Shown in pieces: positions 1 to 11,588 of a stretch of 64,000 nucleotides of DNA. The stretch lies in assembly GCA_964106915.2 (NCBI GenBank), contig OZ066919.1; one strand, 5' to 3'. Each line of letters begins with the position of its first letter. The stretch's first letter is position 1. Below the pieces are notes generated by a model that was given only the letters and a program-made list of their open reading frames with translations, was not told where the DNA came from and searched no databases. The position numbers were made by a program, and so were the translations under genes. The stretch is from Podarcis gaigeae. Its lineage: Eukaryota.

Positions 1-50
1 ATCTGCTCCCTGCATTTCCTTTTGCTGTTTGTAGCAAGCAATGTTAACAA

Positions 51-414
51 GGGACGTGGGTGGCGCTGTGGGTAAAAGCCTCAGCGCCTAGGGCTTGCCG
101 ATCGAAAGGTCGGCGGTTCGAATCCCCGCGGCGGGGTGCGCTCCCGTTGCTCGGTCCCAGCGCCTGCCAACCTAGCAGTTCGAAAGCACCCTTGGGTGCA
201 AGTAGGTAAATAGGGACCGCTTTCTAGCGGGAAGGTAAACGGCGTTTCCGTGTGCAGCTCTGGCGAGCCAGAGCAGCGATGTCACGCTGGCCACGTGACC
301 CGGAAGTGTCTTCGGACAGCGCTGGCCCCTGGCCTCTTGAGTGAGATGGGCGCACAACCCCAGAGTCTGGCAAGACTGGCCCGTACGGGCAGGGGTACCT
401 TTACCTTTACCTTT
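51..414 (+). mobile_element. Sauria SINE (Squam1-type), full length, subtype A
   Basis: tRNA-like head with A box (TGGCGCTGTGG) and B box (GGTTCGAATCCC), (ACCTTT)n tail. TSD aatgttaacaag (40-51) / aatgttagcaag (415-426). Near-identical to copies at 1286 and 31021. Confidence 0.95.
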
Positions 415-1029
415 AATGTTAGCAAGTCTAGCTGTGACTCTCGCCGGTCTTGGCTTATCCGCTGCAATCTCTTGGGTTCACTATCATTTTGTTGCATAGC
501 CAACATATAGAATAAGCTGTTATAAAATACAATTGCCACCTCTTGGCCAATGGAGACAGCCATCCATCCCCACCCCGCGGCAAGAATGACAATGTATTAT
601 GACAAATGCGTTGCTCTCATTGGGCACTCTTTCTAAAATTTCAGAGGGAATACTGGCAAGCTGCTGAGGTGAGCTAAGCTGCCACTTCAAGCTGTGGCAA
701 GGTAATTTTTCTAGTTGGAACGAACAGATAACTCTCAGCCACCTTATATTTTACTCATTCAGAAGTTCTCTGATTTTACCTGTTCCCTAATGTTGATGAT
801 ACTCACTCTGCCTTTTCAGGGGAGCATAATGGTCACCTGAAACAAATGGGGGGGGGGTGTTTGGCTACTTCGCTGGAGGGTTGGGACCCATTATTGGGTG
901 GCAGACCAAGGTAAGGTGGGTCACAACTGTAACACAGCCGTCATAAAAACAAAAGGCGTAAAGTTATGAGGTGCATCTCCAAATGCTTGGTTGAGCTAAA
1001 GGTTGGTCCCACATCTGAAAAGATCTTAT

Positions 1030-1167
1030 CCGCTACACTGACAGGTAGTGGTTTTCCAAGATTTCAAACAGGGCTTTCCCCCAGCTTTACCTGAAGATAC
1101 CAAGGGCTGAAATGGCGCCTTTCACATCCAAAGCATGTGCCTTGCTTCTGAGCTCTAGCCCTTCCCT
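1030..1167 (-). mobile_element. Old tRNA-derived SINE (Squam2/Anolis SINE2-like), degenerate
   Basis: Reverse complement resembles the clearer copy at 43885-44056. Boundaries approximate. Confidence 0.6.
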
Positions 1168-1188
1168 GAAACAGTTTCCCCTTGCCTT

Positions 1189-1742
1189 TAGGAACATAAG
1201 CCACTCTCAGGCCACTGTTCCATCAACTTCAGCATCTCCCTGGCAGCAGCTGTTTAGGATTTAAAGATGAGTATTTTCCAGCCCAGGGACGCAGGTGGCG
1301 CTGTGGGTTAAAGCCTCAGCGCCTAGGACTTGCCGATCGAAAGGTTGGCGGTTCGAATCCCTGCGGCGGGGTGCGCTCCCGCTGCTCGGTCCCAGCGCCT
1401 GCCAACCTAGCAGTTCGAAAGCACCTCCGGGTGCAAGTAGATAAATAGGGACCGCTTACCAGCGGGAAGGTAAACGGCGTTTCCGTGTGCGGCTCTGGCT
1501 CGCCAGATGCAGCTTTGTCACGCTGGCCACGTGACCCGGAAGTGTCTCCGGACAGCGCTGGCCCCTGGCCTCTTGAGTGAGATGGGCGCACAACCCCAGA
1601 GTCTGTCAAGACTGGCCCGTACGGGCAGGGGTACCTTTACCTTTACCTTATTTTCCAGCCCTACATGGAATGGGATGTCAGGAATTGGACCTCAGAGGTT
1701 TTTGTGTAAAGCATGTGGTCTGCCACTGAGTCACACCGCTTC
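1189..1742 (-). mobile_element. Old Squam2-like SINE interrupted by the Sauria SINE at 1286
   Basis: Starts taggaacataag (reverse of a CR1-like tail). The sequence is continuous across the 13-bp TSD of the inserted SINE and ends in a reversed tRNA-like head. Confidence 0.6.
1286..1648 (+). mobile_element. Sauria SINE, full length, subtype A
   Basis: A/B boxes, ACCTTT tail, perfect 13-bp TSD tattttccagccc (1272-1284 / 1649-1661). Confidence 0.96.
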
Positions 1743-1777
1743 TTATTACTCCCCCCAGCCCCAGCCCCAGCCCCTCC

Positions 1778-1983
1778 TAAGCTGTGTTCTACTGAGTCAG
1801 GCCACTTACCCATCTAGTTTTCTAACAGCAGCTCTCATGGGCTTGGAATGAGATTCTTCCTATAGCAATTACTGGAGATCCTTTAACTGGAGATGCTAGA
1901 AACAGAGCCTTTAAAAATTGTGACCTTTATGTTTGCATAGCATTTACTCTGCTAATGAGCTATGAGATCTGTGACCCTTCCCC
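1778..1983 (-). mobile_element. Old Squam2-like SINE, degenerate
   Basis: Same motif order as the neighbouring reversed copies (aagctg...actgagtcaggcca...ctggagatgc...gagcta...cccttccc). Confidence 0.5.
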
Positions 1984-2601
1984 TCTGCAAGCCAGAGTCC
2001 TGTTTATATCTTTCAGTATAGTCAGTCCATTGATAATAAATGAACATACTGCTCAGAAATACTAAGAGGTATATTTTATAAAGCTGCCTATTTAGCCAGG
2101 AGTACTTTATTTAAATCAGAAATAATATTTAAGCCAGAAATTATAAAAGAGCATTGATTGCCATTTTTCTCTACCTTTTCAGTTTAATGTGGGAAATAAT
2201 AGCATAATGAATTACAATTGGGGTGTCTATGAATGAGTAAATATAATAGCTGCAGGTAGAACCCTTCTCAAGCAGCATATTTTTTTCCCTTTTTTGTAGT
2301 TAAGCTGTTGGAAATCTTAGTAAACACCTTAGATACAGTAGGATCCTCTTAAACACAAGTTCCACGTAGCAGATCACAGAACATAATGAAAACATAAACT
2401 GTTACACAAATAAACCTGTCAGAGGGTATAGCATTGCTACCATAAACAGCTGTAAACTGTGCACGTTGGATGAGAATGCTGCTTTGCGGGTCAGCTTTGC
2501 ATTGCATAGTGAAATAGCCTTCTTGGAAATAGCCTTTTGGTGTAAGCCTGAGGGTAGGTCAGACACACATTTTTTAATGGGTGTATTGTAAAAATCTCCT
2601 G

Positions 2602-2711
2602 AAGCAGTAGACCTTTATTCAGTAGGACAGTCAACATGAGCCTGGTGTTTGGTTTGACACCATGTTGCTGTGGAAGCTTCGACTGTCCTACTGAATAAAG
2701 GTCTACTGCTT
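2602..2711. repeat. Perfect 31-bp inverted repeat with 48-nt spacer
   Basis: aagcagtagacctttattcagtaggacagtc (2602-2632) is the exact reverse complement of 2681-2711. Confidence 0.97.
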
Positions 2712-4073
2712 TGCCTTCATTCAGCAGGGAAAGCTACTAAGGTTAGGTTTTTGTTACTCTGGTTGTTTTTTCTACACATATTTTAAGTCAGAGTTTGTTC
2801 AGCATACTGGTATTGACATTTGGCCCCCTTCACCCTGACCAAACCAAGCCTGCTTCACCTATGACATTTGCCTGTGTAATATGTTAAATTAAAGCATCTA
2901 ATTCATTTTATAGAGCATCGAAAATACACTGCAATATTCTGAGCTGCCTGCATAATTCAGGGAAGGTAATTTCACCCCAGTGAGGTCACTATGGTGTGAA
3001 ACTTCAAATAATTTGGATGCCTTCTGAATACATGTAGTTCAGATTTTGCATAATGCTGAGTTTTCAGGTCGCTTGCTTTGTGACCCAGCGTTCTCTTTCA
3101 CTGGCAGATTTGTGGTGGTTGGTAGTGCAAATCTGCTATGCTGGGCATGTTATGTTCTGCTTTCAGCTTTTCCTTGCAGAGGATCGTCACTGCAGAGCAA
3201 CAGAGACTTCAGTCAGCTTTATTACATCATTACTGACAAGGCTATTTCATTTGTGCTTGTAAACTCCGACAAAGAACCTCAGTGGTCAGATAATCTAAAA
3301 TGTTTAAGAGATACCAAGTTTGAAGAGACCAGAGTGGGAAAGCCATATAGTATTTTGTCACAAAAGAGGGATCTGGTTGGGGCAGCTGTGAAGTTGCTGC
3401 CTCACCACTGGTACTGCTGACTTCTTTCCCCTCAGTTGTCTTTGTGTAAAATGCCTCAGAAAATCATTCAGAAAATAAAGTTGGCAAAATATGTGAATGT
3501 CTCTTTCCCTGTAAAATAGCCGTTTCCTTGTAATTTTGGCCAGTACAGCTTGACAAGGGTTGGTGCCACTGAATCCAGCCAGCAGCAGTCGTGAATGTGA
3601 ATGTGAATGTGTGAGAGAGGTGTTTTTGTAGTCATCTCTCATTCCTCAGTGTTCCACCAAACTATGTGCACCAAGTGATCACCCAGACATCATTATGGTG
3701 TATCCACCTCAGTCACTGTGACTGTTGGTTAATATTACAAGAACGCTTACTACTTCGTGCCAATGTTGCTGATTAGGTATCATGGAACTGCATACCTGCA
3801 TGGTTTGTATTAGCCCATTTTATACAGGTTTTTGACAGAATGCTTCAGGGTGTTATAAGCTGCCAGCATCCCCTGTCCATTTAATGAATTTATTTGCCAC
3901 ATTTTTAGCCTGCTCTTCAGCCAGAAAGGGCCCCCCGAACAAAAAAATTCAAGCTAGTTCTTCCCTTAAAATCTGTGAAAAGACAGGACACAAAGGAGAA
4001 AAGGGATGGGGAGGGAGGATGAGAAATGCTAGGCACCAGTTCCTAAATGTACAAAGTCCATAGACTGACAAGC

Positions 4074-4560
4074 TGTGATGGAAAAAGAGAAGAACCCAAA
4101 AGGAGTTGGTCTTACAGTAAAGTCAGTGGAGCTTTCATTTTCATTTTCTGTCTTCTGAAGTCTGATGTAATGTCTGGAGCTAGGTGACTGTTGACGAAAA
4201 GGCAAATGTGACTGGTCCATCAGCAGAGCTGGTAGAATGGCCCTGCTTCCCTCCTCTCCCCCTGCTGCAGCCTTTGTGGACTGCTGTTTTTCCCCTCCCA
4301 AGAAGAGAGTGCCCTCTCAAAGGCTGAAGAGGGATATGTTCTTGGGTAAATTGTTTGACAGTATTCTAGGCAGAGGGTATAACAAGCATAACATACCAGG
4401 ATCACTATTGACCCATGGCTAACTCCCAGACACATCAAAGGCAGCTCCACTCCACCCCCCTTTGAATTATACCCTCTGAGCAGGACAATCCACAGAAATT
4501 TCTGTAAAGCTACAAACAAGGGCAGGAGCAACTGCCAGCTGAAATTAGGGTATGTTGACA
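4074..4560 (-). mobile_element. Probable solo LTR
   Basis: TG...CA termini (tgtgatg...gttgaca), ~490 bp, flanks aagc/aatc (3/4 match). Decayed poly(A)-signal-like and TATA-like motifs lie in LTR order on the minus strand. Confidence 0.45.
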
Positions 4561-5994
4561 AATCACTTACACATTCTTTGTTTTGTTTTACAATAATATG
4601 CCAATCCTAGGAAAAACGGATTTCTACATAATTGCCTACTTTCCCTTCAGTCTGCGTATCACTTCATTGGAAGTGTTTGTTGAATGGAAATTAAAGTTTT
4701 TTTTGCCAAAATATTAGCTCTTGCCTTAGCTTAATAGCTAGTTCTCCAGGTCCCCTTTGTAAACATCTGTTATGAAAATGTGTATGAATAGTACAGTAAT
4801 AAGGCACTCCATACTAAAAAATCATGAAAGATTTATGTTATGTGATCTGCTTATATTTATGTGAACTCTGCCTCAGATTGTGGAACCATGAATTTAGAAA
4901 GAAGTTCCCTGGGAATGTCCCAGTGTTCCATGAAGCAAATAGATGCACTGAATTGGTAGATGCCTCAAATAAAAACTACCTCTTTACAATTCATGAATCT
5001 TCCCTTTTTGGTCTAATAATTTATGGAGGTTGCTCTCCCGTTCAACAGAGTGACTCTTCTCTGAAGTCTCAAGCAGCGGAATGATGTTTTAGTGTATGTA
5101 TTTGAATTATCAAAATCAATTTTGGGAATCGTTACTAATTTTATTTCCAAAGTTAATAAAAGTTATTGTTACCAGTTAGAAAGGAAGATTTGCTTTTCTG
5201 TAGTGTATATTAGCTGTAGCATTGATTTTGTCTTGAAAGTGCCCGAGAATAGAATTTAGAGCAAATAAAACAGATGTGAGGGTACATGTTTCGCTTATAT
5301 TCATAAAGATTATACTTTAGGGATTGATATGAAATAGAAAACCTTCTGCAGTTTCTGTGAAATGTAGTAATTTATGTGTTAAAACACCCCCAGTTTGACT
5401 ATAAAGGCCTTATCTCACCTGTGTAAAGAATTTATGCGTAAATGCATATTTTATGTTTTGCCGCTTTCCATCTTCTGGTTTCTTTATACTTTTCATACAT
5501 GGCACTTGTGTTTGTCTTTTGGAGACCACAAAAATGTGCACTGCATTTGATGTCATTATGTTGACTACTCTGTTAGTTTATTTTGGGTACAAACAAGAAC
5601 TGAAAAGGATGATTAGAGCTGAGTGTATGAAGATGATAAAAGCAAAAGTTGAGAGCTAGGAATTGTGTGTAGGCTCTTAAAAATTCTTTAACTTGCAATT
5701 AGTTGGAACACTTCATGACTTGCACAGGTTTTGAGCTCTTGTTTTTACCTTTTTACCACACTCACTCTTGCAGGCTCTGCTTCCTCTTTTTAAGCTCCAT
5801 TTATGGTAAAGATGTTTGCATTGCCAACCTCTGTTTAAAAATGCTTCAGGGTACAGTATGATGAGCATTTGAAATGGGAAGTCAAATTTTCAGCTTTGAA
5901 AGTTGAGAAGCATGAAAACTTTTAGGGGAAAAACCTGAAATAATGATTCAGGGGTGAAAAATGACAGTAACTGATAGCATATGCTGAAGCAGGA

Positions 5995-6166
5995 TTTCAG
6001 CGGCTTCCTATGCTGAAGAAACTGCACTGCCTGCCAATAAACTACTGAGCCATGTGGAAAGTCTTGTTAAGCCAGTCCTGAGTTGTTCAGGGCTTTGTAT
6101 GTTCTCTAAAAGACCTCCTGACTCTGTATAGACTTGCTTTTCTGAGTTAAGGGACCCTTTGGAGTG
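5995..6166 (+). mobile_element. L2-clade LINE fragment, highly decayed
   Basis: Translates to PMLKKLHCLPINY*AMWKVL, matching the L2 'PxLxxLHWLP' motif also seen near 9150. Confidence 0.55.
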
Positions 6167-6168
6167 TA

Positions 6169-6409
6169 CAGTGGTACCTTGGTTTACGAACTTAATCCGC
6201 TCCGGAAGTCCATTCTTAAACTGAAACCGTTATTAAACTGAGGCGCACTTTCCCTAGCAAGGCTTCCTGCCGCCTGTGCCCTTCCACCATTTGGATTCCG
6301 TTCTTAGACTGAGGTAAAGTTCTCAAACCGGGACACTATTTCCGGTTTTGTGGAGTTCGTAAACCGAATTGTTCTTAAACAGGACTGTTCTTAAACCAAG
6401 GTACCACTG
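6169..6409. mobile_element. Tc1/mariner-pogo-type MITE
   Basis: TIRs cagtggtaccttggttta / taaaccaaggtaccactg, TA on both sides. Confidence 0.93.
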
Positions 6410-7420
6410 TAGTGCAGGGGCAGGGGCTTGCAGATGGAGTAGGAGATAGTGGAGCTCCCTGCTCCTCATACAAATGGAGGAGCAATTTAGGATCCATAAC
6501 ACTGGCCTGGTTTGCAGTCAGCAGACTATCCATGGTTTTTCTGACAAAATCAACAATACAAAGGCATTTTTTTAAAATTACAAATGATGTCTTGTTTTAA
6601 ATATGGTTTGGTATTATATCTGAACCCAACATTCCTGCTTAACCATGGTTTCCTTGATTATTCCACCCAGATGCTCACCAAGCTGTACCAACAGAGCTTC
6701 CGTTGGTGATCTGAAAGCACATGTGTGCCTTTCTTAGTGAAGGCATGGCAAAAGGGTCATAATTCAATAGTAGAGCATCTGCTTTTGTTGGAGAAATTTG
6801 TAAACGATTCATCCTACCCGAGGTTTCCCAAGGGAATATCAATAAACACAGGCTTTAAGAGAAGAATTAGGCCTTTAATAATACGAATGTACACAGAGTC
6901 AGCCTCCTTAAAAAAAATCAGAGGGAGGCTGCACTTTAATGCTTTCAGGCATCATCTTTTATACACATCCAACTACATAGGTGATTACCACCTGACCAAT
7001 CAGACAGTTACAGCAATCACAAGTACACAATTACAGCACTGTCATCATAGTAAACTATTCAGAGATCAGTGTCTGTTTACATTGTCTTCGAATTGCTCTG
7101 TGTATTAGTGGTCTGCAGTGTCTGCTTTCAGTTCTCTATGTTCATATTTTTGTTCTCTTCTTAACCTAAGAGTTAGTGTAATTATGATGCTTGGCCAATC
7201 TCCTAGTGTATTGTTCTCCATCGTCATAACTTATCTTCTTATGTTCAATTCCTTTCAGTTTTTCTAGGAAGTGCAAGAGAACAGAGGCTTGCACATACTT
7301 AAAGCAGCCTGTTTGTTCTATTAGAAAAGGCTTAGTCAAGCTCATACACAGATTTTCAGCTCTAACTGCAAAAAAATGGATTCAGAGATGAAATAAAATG
7401 AGGAAATTCTCCCACACTTT

Positions 7421-7548
7421 GCTTCAAGCTCTGACATCTCCATGTAGGCCTGGGAAAGGTTTCTGTTCGAAGCCCTGGAGAACTACTGCTATGCCAGACA
7501 ATATGCATCCAGCAGGCTGGCAATGTAGAAGGCAGCTTTCTAGGTTCG
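7421..7548 (+). mobile_element. Squam2-like SINE 3' part
   Basis: catctccatgtaggcctgggaaag...ccctggagaactactgc...aaggcagctttctaggttc resembles the 43885 copy. Confidence 0.55.
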
Positions 7549-7597
7549 TTCATTTGTGAGATGACTCATGGTTTCTTGTACACACCGAGGTTAAAGA

Positions 7598-7780
7598 AGT
7601 GCCTTTTTTTCCTCTAGAAAAAGGGTGCTGGTACTTACCATGCAAGGAAGGGCTCTTGGACCCTGCCAGAGCATCACGCCTCCCTCCCTAAGCTTGGACA
7701 GAAGCCTCCCAGGCTCTTATTTGGGGGGGGGGGGAGGTGCTGGGGCTGTATACCAGTGTGTACTGCCATTAAAAGCACTG
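7598..7780. mobile_element. Short non-autonomous DNA transposon remnant
   Basis: Imperfect TIRs agtgcctttttt / aaaagcactg with subterminal ggtgctgg motifs. Confidence 0.5.
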
Positions 7781-8735
7781 GTTTTAAAGCAAACCATGGC
7801 TTAGTGTTATGTGTAAATGCAGCCACTGAGTTCAAGTTGAATTACTGTAATGCTTGTTTTACTGCTTTAAAAATTGTCACTTTTGCCCACTGAAGTGGGA
7901 ATTGTATTGTTTTGAGTGCAAGCCACCTTGAAGTCTTTTGAGGAAAGGCATGATAAAATTGTTTTAGTTAAAATAAATCAGCAAGCAGAGCAGGGGTTAA
8001 AAATAATGCCTCCTCTCCAGCTGTAGTGGCACAGGTCACTTGTGTGCACAGATGGAGTGGTTGGAAGCAAGATCTTTATATATCTGAATGAAGCCAAGTT
8101 TCAAATTTGAGTCTGCCACTGCCCATGCTGACAGTGTGTGGCATCAAGAACATAGAAAAGCAGCTACTTTGTCCTTTTGTGGAGAGAATAGAAATCCACA
8201 CAAGAAAAAGAAGCTATAAAAACTGATGCTGATAACAGAAACATTATTTTTCGTTGATTTGGCACTGTGTCATTGGAAAAATAAACTAAGATGGCTATAA
8301 ATGCAAATGCAATATATCTTACTATTCTGAATAACTTTTTCCTGAACAAGTCCTGACAGATGCCTTGTTAGTAACCCTATTTATGAAATATCCTTATTAA
8401 TAGTAAATTTATGTGCAGGAAAAAAGAACAATAATTTACTCCTTTTGTAAATCAATGAGAGTTCCAGATGTGCTGGGCCTTTATAGCATATATTTACTAC
8501 GATTCTGCTCATAATAGGTCCTATGTTCACTGAGAGCAACCTGTTAAAATCAATCGCTTTCTTTTCTAATTAGAGAAATGTATCTTCCCATAATTCAAAC
8601 CAAAGCAAAAAGAAGAAGATTCTGAAAAGATACGTAATGGTCAGAATCCATATATTCGTAACTGTAGTAAAAACTTCCATCGTAACCTGATGAATGTCAG
8701 TAAAACATTGACAAACGTACAATACATTAACAAAT

Positions 8736-8793
8736 GTGAATCAGGTGGTCCGCAGGGTAGCGTGGCAGCTACCCTGCGGACCACCTGATTCAC
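8736..8793. repeat. Perfect 26-bp inverted repeat with 6-nt loop
   Basis: gtgaatcaggtggtccgcagggtagc - gtggca - gctaccctgcggaccacctgattcac. Confidence 0.97.
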
Positions 8794-9004
8794 CTGGCAG
8801 CAAATTTTATTTTTCTATCTTTTGACTGTGGGGCTGTCCCTGGACATTTTGTTTTGGTGCCCCAACCTAGGTCCCAGGAGCCACATGGCTCCTAGCACTC
8901 CTATACCAGTTTCTAACACTGATCCTGGATCCTTTGTTGTGATTTCCATCAGCTCCTGCTAATAGCCTACCTGTACTCCTATCTGGACAGGAATAGCCTA
9001 ACTA

Positions 9005-9622
9005 CTGTTGTCCGTGTTCTGGTAATCTTTAGGTTATATTGCTGCAACATATGTGGGGCTGCCTCTGAAGAGACTGGAAACTACAGCAGGTGCAGAATTC
9101 GGGAGTCAGGTTGCTCACCAGGCCAAGACAGTTTAAGCATATAACACCTATTCTGGACCGAATGCACTGGCTGCCAATTAGTTTCTGGACCCAATTCAGT
9201 GCTGGTTTTGATCTGTAATGCCTAAAATGGCTCAGGATCACAATACCTAAGACTGTATCTTCCCATATGAACCAACTTGGACCCTGCAACCATAATCTAA
9301 GGCCCTTCTTCATGAACCCCTCCACAAGAGGTCCAATCGGTGGTAACACAAAAGCTTTTCTGCAGTGGCTCCACATTTGTAGAATGCCCTTCCCAGGGTG
9401 GCTCGCCTGGCACCTTCATTACATATTTTTAGGCCCCAGGCAAAAACATTTCTCTATAACCAGGCCTTTAACTGATTAAACAATCTATGGCATTTCATAT
9501 GTTTTCTGGAGGTGGGGTTATTAGTTTGGTTGGTTGTTTTGTTATGGATTTTGTGTTCATTTTGTATTTTTATGTTGTGAACCATCCTGTGATCTTCAGA
9601 TGAAAGGTGGTATATAAATTTA
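9005..9622 (+). mobile_element. L2-clade LINE 3' fragment (ORF2 C-terminus plus 3'UTR)
   Basis: Frameshifted translation gives YVGLPLK / KLQQVQNSGVRLLT / HITPILDRMHWLPISFWTQF. The 3' tail matches the reversed copy at 17768. Confidence 0.85.
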
Positions 9623-10894
9623 AACCATGGTTTTAATAAGCCATGGTTTCATATTATGTTTAAACCCAGCCCAGTGCTTTAACTATGACTTGCTATTGAA
9701 ATTAAGCCATGCTTTGCTGTTGGTTTACCGACTTTAACTATCATTCATTGTTGCTTGTAAGCTAGTTCGTCAACTTTTAGCTTAAGCATGATTCGTTTTC
9801 CCAAATGGCCCTCAAAACTAGAGATGCTATCCAAGAGCAGCTGAAAAATGAAACCACTCTCCATTCTCAGCAGCTTTCACTGGCGGTTAGATATAATGAT
9901 GTCACTGCTAAGTCTACCTAGTAACAGGATCTCTTTCAAACCTAACTCCTCTACCTGCAGCCTTTGCTTCACAGCCACAGCACATAATGACATCTTTAAA
10001 AATACTTTTTCTCTCTCTGCTCACTTTACAGAAGTTTCTCTAACCTCACCTGCCTTTACAGCACAGCTGGGTGTGGAGTGGAGATGACAATTTAAATGGA
10101 AAGTTAAAGAGGCTGTTGTTCATTATGACTGGTTTTCATCAGTTCTCTTTAAAGTGTTTAAAAGCCTGTTACTAGCATTTTGCATGTCATGTCTGTGCAT
10201 GTGAGAGTGGGCCTTGAAAAAAATTTTTTTTTAAAGCAAGATAAATGCCTTAGCTGAGATATCCACCTTGTTATGCTATTTAAGATGTGCCAAGCCCCCA
10301 ATAAATTTAAGTCCCCCGCCCAGCAGCCATTTTACTGTTCTCCATTTCAAAACAGATTTTTTATTATCCTCTTTCCTTTACTCCTCCTCACTGCAGTTCA
10401 ATTCTATACTCGTCTACTCAGAAGTAACTTCATTAAGTATAATGGGGCTTACAGCTGAGCTGCATTCTAAGCACATCAGAAAGCCCAAAGGTTGGATTAT
10501 TATTATTATTATTTTTAAGGCAAGTGGGACATCTCAGACCAACTTGGAATCAACAGCATTCTGAGGATGGACAGGAAAGGAAATGAGATTGCTGAAGTGA
10601 GGTGATGTTAGTAGCACACTTACCCCTTTGGGACATTCCTAGAACTTACACAGCAGTCTCACTTTTCTTCGCTTTTCCTCAGGAGACGTGTGTCATATTG
10701 AGAAGTATAGACTCTTGCTTGTGAAAGAACATGGGTCCCCCCTCCAACTTTCTTTTTTTTTGGGGGGGAGAGCGTTTGAAACAAAAGTGGACAAAGAACT
10801 CGGGGGGGGGGGGGGCGTTCCACACCCTTGTTCTCTTGCAGCCCACCATTAGGGAGAGGTATAGTAATGTGTCGAAGCAGCTACTAATAGTAGT

Positions 10895-11588
10895 AAGGCC
10901 TGGCCCACTGAGAAGGCAAGGGGACTGCCTCAGGCGGCAGGCTCTTGGAAGTTTGGAGGGGTTAGGGTTCCTATATTTCAAACAGTAAAAATCCAGACAG
11001 AAAGGTTGTTGAGCTTTTTAAGGCAAAATCGCAAAAACAGCACTGCTGCCATGGGCTGCCATACGTCTGGATTTTCCTGGACGTTTTACTGATTTCTGCC
11101 CAGACACTGCAAGAGACAGTATTCCGGATATGTCCGGGAAATTCTGGATGTATGGCAACCCTAGGAGGGGTGTGAAAATGGCAAAAATGGTGTAAAAATA
11201 GCATCTAGCAATCCCACAAGGATGCCTGTGGAGAGATGGAGTTTGAGCAAGGAGGTTTAGAGGGAGTGATTGTGGTAGAGTTTGGTGGATGTTTGTTTTT
11301 TGGTTTTTCAAGGGTTTTCAGAGGTTTAGATAGTGTTTGCAGGCTTTTTAAATGGTGTTCCCAGTATACATGATTTCACTTAAACGTGCAGTGCCTCCGA
11401 ACATAACCTCCGTGTAAATGTGGAGTTGCCTGTAATCTTTTGCAGGAAACCTCCCAGTCTGTTGCAAAGAGCTTTGAAAGGGCCTCTCCAGCTCCCAGCT
11501 AGGCAAATGTAGCAGTGATACATGGCTTAGGGGGAGGCACCATTTTCTGGTTCACCTCAGGCAGTAAAATGTCTTGTGCTGGTCCTGG
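10895..11588. mobile_element. Old non-autonomous DNA transposon with nested insertions
   Basis: Ends (gcctcaggcggcagg ... cattttctggttcacctcaggcagtaaaatg...cctg) match the ends of the element at 52950-53405. Confidence 0.5.
11052..11163. mobile_element. Palindromic MITE
   Basis: ~30-bp imperfect TIRs gggctgccatacgtctggattttcctggac / gtccgggaaattctggatgtatggcaaccc. Confidence 0.8.

Noticed and set aside
51-130. tRNA gene
   Set aside because: The A/B boxes belong to the SINE head, which continues into the SINE body.
172-1851. Repeated similar ORFs (172-563, 1316-1851, also 30147 and 31142-31444)
   Set aside because: All are translations of Sauria SINE sequence.
3046-3420. 124-aa ORF (likewise 6725-7108, 16332-16757, 23938-24324, 60775-61221)
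   Set aside because: No recognisable domain, non-coding-like composition, and no supporting exon chain.
8687-8722. Hammerhead-like CTGATGA-stem-AAACGTA
   Set aside because: Lacks the G of the GAAA box and has no stem I complementarity.
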